This document shows, piece after piece, positions 60,665 through 64,000 of a stretch of 64,000 nt of DNA; within the stretch, counting starts at the first letter, position 1; each line of letters starts with the position of its first letter. The stretch lies in contig CANQPK010000001.1 of NCBI GenBank assembly GCA_947625685.1, positions 36,535-100,534 on the forward strand, given 5' to 3'. Below the pieces are notes generated by a model. The model had not been told where the DNA came from. It searched no databases and saw only the letters and a program-made list of their open reading frames with translations. Source of the DNA: an uncultured Clostridia bacterium. GTDB lineage: Bacteria > Bacillota > Clostridia > TANB77 > CAG-508. Position numbers and translations under genes: made by a program.

Positions 60665-62611
60665 TTAATCATGTGCTACACCGCCATAGTTGTGCGCGCA
60701 GTAATAGTGACCATTGTAGTAACCATGACCACAGTTGTAACGACCATATGAGTGAGCAGAAGTTCTACCATGTTCGCATGTCTCCGTAACTGTATGAGGA
60801 GATGTGTTTCCGTGTGAACATGGACTTGTTGTAGTCACAGTATGCGCACTCATGTTACCATGTATGCAAGGTGAGTCTATTGTATGTGAACTAGAGTATC
60901 CATGTGGGCAGGTTTTGTCGTAGAAACCGTCATTGTTGTGGTCAGGACCAGGGCAGTGATCAACACGTCCTCCAGAGCATTGGGTAGTGGTAGTTGTACC
61001 ACCAGGACAAGTGTAAGAACTTCCTCCACTGCACCACTCAGAACCTCCCCCACTACAGTACTTCGTCGTTCCTGTACATTGTGTTTTTGCTTTGTTATCT
61101 CTTTTAGTTGCTGTATGATTTACTGTGTCTGTTACTTCTACATGATATGTATAATCTGTGTAATTAGATAATCCTGTTACTTCTAAATCTATATTTTTTC
61201 CTTGTGCTTGATTCTCTAGTGTCCTTTTTGGTGTTTTTTCAGCATCTATATATACCTTGTATGTTAGTTTTCCTTGGTCTGCTGCATCTGGATCTGTTGC
61301 ATTTACTCTTATTGTAAGTGTTGTTGGTGTTTTGCTTGCAACCGATACACTGTTTATTACTGGTGCTACATTTGCAAGTGGTAATACTGCATCTGCATTT
61401 GCACTTTTTCTTAGGTTTTCTGCTTTGTCTACTGCTTCTACATATACTTTGTGTGTCATTCCATCTTTTTGGTTTGTTGCGTTATATGTTGCACTTGTTG
61501 ATTTGCCTAATACTAATTTTCCATCTATATAATAATTATAATATGCTATTCCTGATTCGTTATCTTTTGCTGAACTTGCATCTATTGTAAATGATGTTGG
61601 TTGTATATTTTTTATTACTGGTGTAAATTCAATTGGTTTATCCAAATCTACTATTGTCACTGTTGCAGTGTTTCCTGAATAGTTATATCCATCTGTTAAT
61701 CGTGCTTTTACTGTATATCCTAATTGTAAATTGTCTATTACCTGTCCATTTTCTATTGTTATGTCTTTTCTTCCATTTACTATACTTCCTTTTTCGTCAT
61801 ATACATCATATTTTACTGTATAGTTATCTTGACTTGTCTTTTTTATTACTACACTTGCTATTCCATTCTTCCATGTTGTATTCTCAAAGTCTAATTCTCC
61901 CTCTCCATATTCTATTACTTTTGTTCTTGCTTCTGCATATTTTTCACTTGTTCCGTTTTTATTTGTTGCTTCTACTTTTATTGTGTATATTTTATCTTGA
62001 TCTAGTCCATCTATTGTATAGCTTAAATTTTCTGTTCCTGTTATTGCCTCTTTATATTCTCCTGCTTCTCCTATTGCTCCTTCTTTATAGTAGTATGCAT
62101 ATGTTGCTCCTTCTCCTCTTTTTACTGTTATGTCTGCTTTTATACTTCTTGTTGTTGCTGTTAATTGTAGTTTTACTATTTTTACTGTTAAGTCTTCTGC
62201 TTTTCCTTCTACTTCTACATGGTCTACTTTGCTCTTATCTTCTTCTGTTGGTACTACTCTTGCTACCCATCCATCTGGTGTTACTACTTCTTTACTTCCA
62301 TCTTCATTTTCTACTGTTTCATTTGGATCTATTACGTCTTTCTTCTCTAATTCTTCAATGTATTCATCCATTGTTGGTTCTCTTCCCTCTTGTCCCGCCT
62401 CTGCTGTTACTGTAGCTTGAGGTATTACAAATCTTTCTTCTACTTCTCCTACTTGATATGAATCTGCTGCTCCCTTTGCTAGATCTAATAAGTTACCTGA
62501 TCTTAATGTACCTATTGTTACTATTGATAATATAATTAGTATTATTATTGTAATTATCAAGGCTACTAATGTTATTCCTCTTTCTTTTTTCATATCTTCC
62601 TTTCCTTTCAT
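60665..62611 (-). CDS. locus-2 large secreted protein (648 aa): prepilin-like N-terminus (RG-ITLVALIITIIILIILS), FN3-like repeats and a C-terminal Cys/His-rich tandem-repeat domain
   Basis: Paralogue of 41961..44596; the N-terminal TM region is nearly identical. The C-terminal ~140 aa contain about 6 degenerate C-x-H-G-x(3-5)-H-T repeats (CPHGYSSSHTIDSP, CIHGNMSAHTVTTTSP, CSHGNTSPHTVTET ...). GC is elevated, which I estimate by eye as at least 40%, over 60665-61100. Confidence 0.6.
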   Translation of the reverse strand: MKGKEDMKKERGITLVALIITIIILIILSIVTIGTLRSGNLLDLAKGAADSYQVGEVEERFVIPQATVTAEAGQEGREPTMDEYIEELEKKDVIDPNETVENEDGSKEVVTPDGWVARVVPTEEDKSKVDHVEVEGKAEDLTVKIVKLQLTATTRSIKADITVKRGEGATYAYYYKEGAIGEAGEYKEAITGTENLSYTIDGLDQDKIYTIKVEATNKNGTSEKYAEARTKVIEYGEGELDFENTTWKNGIASVVIKKTSQDNYTVKYDVYDEKGSIVNGRKDITIENGQVIDNLQLGYTVKARLTDGYNYSGNTATVTIVDLDKPIEFTPVIKNIQPTSFTIDASSAKDNESGIAYYNYYIDGKLVLGKSTSATYNATNQKDGMTHKVYVEAVDKAENLRKSANADAVLPLANVAPVINSVSVASKTPTTLTIRVNATDPDAADQGKLTYKVYIDAEKTPKRTLENQAQGKNIDLEVTGLSNYTDYTYHVEVTDTVNHTATKRDNKAKTQCTGTTKYCSGGGSEWCSGGSSYTCPGGTTTTTQCSGGRVDHCPGPDHNNDGFYDKTCPHGYSSSHTIDSPCIHGNMSAHTVTTTSPCSHGNTSPHTVTETCEHGRTSAHSYGRYNCGHGYYNGHYYCAHNYGGVAHD

Positions 62612-62649
62612 TTTTTTATTTTTACTTTGTTTTTTATTCTTGCTTTTCT

Positions 62650-63180
62650 TTACTTGAAGTTACTTATCCTTATGTCATATGCATTTGATACATCTCCTGA
62701 TATTGATACGTTTAATTTTACTTTCTTTCCTATTTCTATTGGGTCTATGAATCCCATTGCACTTGTTATTACTTTTCCTTCTTTATCTAATATTTCTACT
62801 TTTATTTTTTTCTCTGTTGTTCTTCTTGTTGTTTTGTTTTCTACTTCTGCTAATAATGTTGTCATTTTTCCTTTTTCTTTTTCTTTTAATTGTATGTTGC
62901 TTATTTCTAGTCCATCTAATGTTTTTGTTTTTGCTACTTCATCACTTATATTTAATTTGCTACCATCCTCTAATACTTGTACATATTCTTCTATTTCTTC
63001 TTTTGGATCTGTTGTTGTTTGATTTTGTCCTTTTCCTATTTCATTTCCTCCTGTTTGTCCTGAAGCTATTTGCTCATTTTGTGATTTTGCAGCTACTTTT
63101 ACAAATATGTTTAGTCCGACTATGATTGCTATTCCTACTACTAATAGTATCAATATGTTTCTTTTCTCTTTCCCTGTCAT
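62650..63180 (-). CDS. locus-2 small N-anchored membrane protein A2
   Basis: 176 aa. TM, then KTLDGLEISNIQL ... TTLLAEVENKTT ... VITSAMGFIDPIEIGKKVKL. Same family as 44620..45084. Confidence 0.6.
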   Translation of the reverse strand: MTGKEKRNILILLVVGIAIIVGLNIFVKVAAKSQNEQIASGQTGGNEIGKGQNQTTTDPKEEIEEYVQVLEDGSKLNISDEVAKTKTLDGLEISNIQLKEKEKGKMTTLLAEVENKTTRRTTEKKIKVEILDKEGKVITSAMGFIDPIEIGKKVKLNVSISGDVSNAYDIRISNFK

Positions 63181-63226
63181 TCGTTTTCCTTCCTTTCCTT
63201 TCCTTTTTTTATTTTATATAACAAAA

Positions 63227-63250
63227 GGGCACACAAAACTTATACTTTAA

Positions 63251-63273
<23 letters not shown>
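63227..63273 (-). terminator. leader hairpin + U-tract (attenuator-like) of locus 2
   Basis: On the minus RNA, GGACACACAGGACUUAUACUU-aauua-AAGUAUAAGUUUUGUGUGCCC is followed by UUUUGUUAUAUAAAAU. It sits between the leader ORF and the A2 RBS. Confidence 0.55.
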
Positions 63274-63364
<91 letters not shown>

Positions 63365-63412
63365 CTTTCGTTCTCCTCCAAAATTCACATTTTAACTTAT
63401 GTGTTTAATTTT

Positions 63413-63441
63413 ATTGTAGGATATTTTTCGTTAATAGTCAA
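63413..63441 (-). promoter_or_regulatory. sigmaA promoter of locus 2 (TTGACT-17-TACAAT)
   Basis: Minus -35 at plus 63436-63441 and -10 at plus 63413-63418. Confidence 0.55.
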
Positions 63442-63487
63442 CAAAAGTTGCTAATTTGTAACATAAATTTAATAGTATTGTAATATT

Positions 63488-64000
63488 CTATCTTTTACAT
63501 TTTTTTGCTGCTTCTACAAGTCCTACAAACAAAGGCTGAGGTCTATCAGGTCTTGACTTAAATTCTGGATGGAATTGTCCTGCAATAAAATATGGATGTT
63601 TTGTGTATTCTACCATCTCTACAAGTAGCCCATCTGGTGATGTTCCAGAAATCATTAAGCCTTTTTCTTCTATCATTTCTCTATAATTGTTATTAAACTC
63701 ATATCTATGTCTATGTCTTTCTGATATTTCTTTTTTACCATATAATTTTTGGGCTAAACTACCGTCTTTAAGTACACAAGGATATGCTCCAAGTCTCATT
63801 GTTCCACCTTTTTTTGATACATTCTTTTGCGTATCCATAATATGTATAACAGGATTTTTGCAGTTTGGACTAAATTCTTCTGAATCCACATCATCAAGTC
63901 CACAAACATTTCTTATAAATTCAACAACTGCCATTTGCATTCCAAGACATATTCCAAGGAAAGGTATATTATTTTCTCTTACATATTTTATAGCATGTAT
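63488..64000 (-). CDS. pyrG: CTP synthase, C-terminal glutamine amidotransferase domain; gene continues beyond the window end
   Basis: [18 protein letters not shown]...[14 protein letters not shown]...[11 protein letters not shown], the class I GATase region of PyrG. Confidence 0.9.
   Translation of the reverse strand: MHAIKYVRENNIPFLGICLGMQMAVVEFIRNVCGLDDVDSEEFSPNCKNPVIHIMDTQKNVSKKGGTMRLGAYPCVLKDGSLAQKLYGKKEISERHRHRYEFNNNYREMIEEKGLMISGTSPDGLLVEMVEYTKHPYFIAGQFHPEFKSRPDRPQPLFVGLVEAAKKCKR

Overview
The window is from a low-GC (~27% GC) Firmicute, most likely a Clostridia-class organism. About 95% of coding capacity is on the minus strand.

In window order the content is:
- aspS 5' part and mltG.
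- A small GC-rich foreign-looking secreted-protein gene.
- polC, queA, NMNAT-like, rseP, cdsA, uppS, a polyprenyl synthase, frr, pyrH, nadD, tmk, metG.
- An alpha-glucan phosphorylase and an LCP-family protein.
- argS and pfkA.
- The hrcA-grpE-dnaK-dnaJ operon with CIRCE.
- A stand-alone tRNA-Glu.
- mrnC and rbgA.
- A MATE exporter.
- A cell-surface accessory block: sortase, a dual-LPXTG peptide, a cadherin-like wall protein, a dockerin/SH3b/GH73 autolysin and a large polytopic membrane protein.
- lysS.
- The rimP-nusA-ylxR-ylxQ-infB-rbfA-nrnA-truB operon.
- A DUF4258/zinc-finger toxin-antitoxin pair.
- groES-groEL with CIRCE.
- pyrG 3' end.

The most unusual content is two paralogous cassettes, locus 1 at ~41.9-45.3 kb and locus 2 at ~60.0-63.4 kb. 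Each encodes a small N-anchored membrane protein and a large secreted protein with a prepilin-like N-terminus, FN3/Ig repeats and a GC-rich, Cys-rich C-terminal domain. Both are preceded by a conserved leader: sigmaA promoter, Shine-Dalgarno sequence, a short leader ORF (M-x-x-A-R-T-L-E-A-L...), an intrinsic-terminator hairpin, and the structural-gene RBS. In locus 2 the leader ORF carries a (TG)16 dinucleotide tract whose length sets the leader reading frame and stop position relative to the terminator, a candidate translation-coupled phase-variation attenuator. Locus 1 is flanked by 17-bp direct repeats that duplicate the 3' end of lysS, so it appears to be an inserted islet.

Separately, at least 20 reading-frame breaks across 15 genes, including polC (three times), argS and infB-operon genes, all have the same lesion. 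An extra C sits immediately before a glycine GGN codon on the minus (coding) strand, which appears as YTCC+G on the plus strand. This is almost certainly a systematic sequencing or assembly artifact rather than gene decay.
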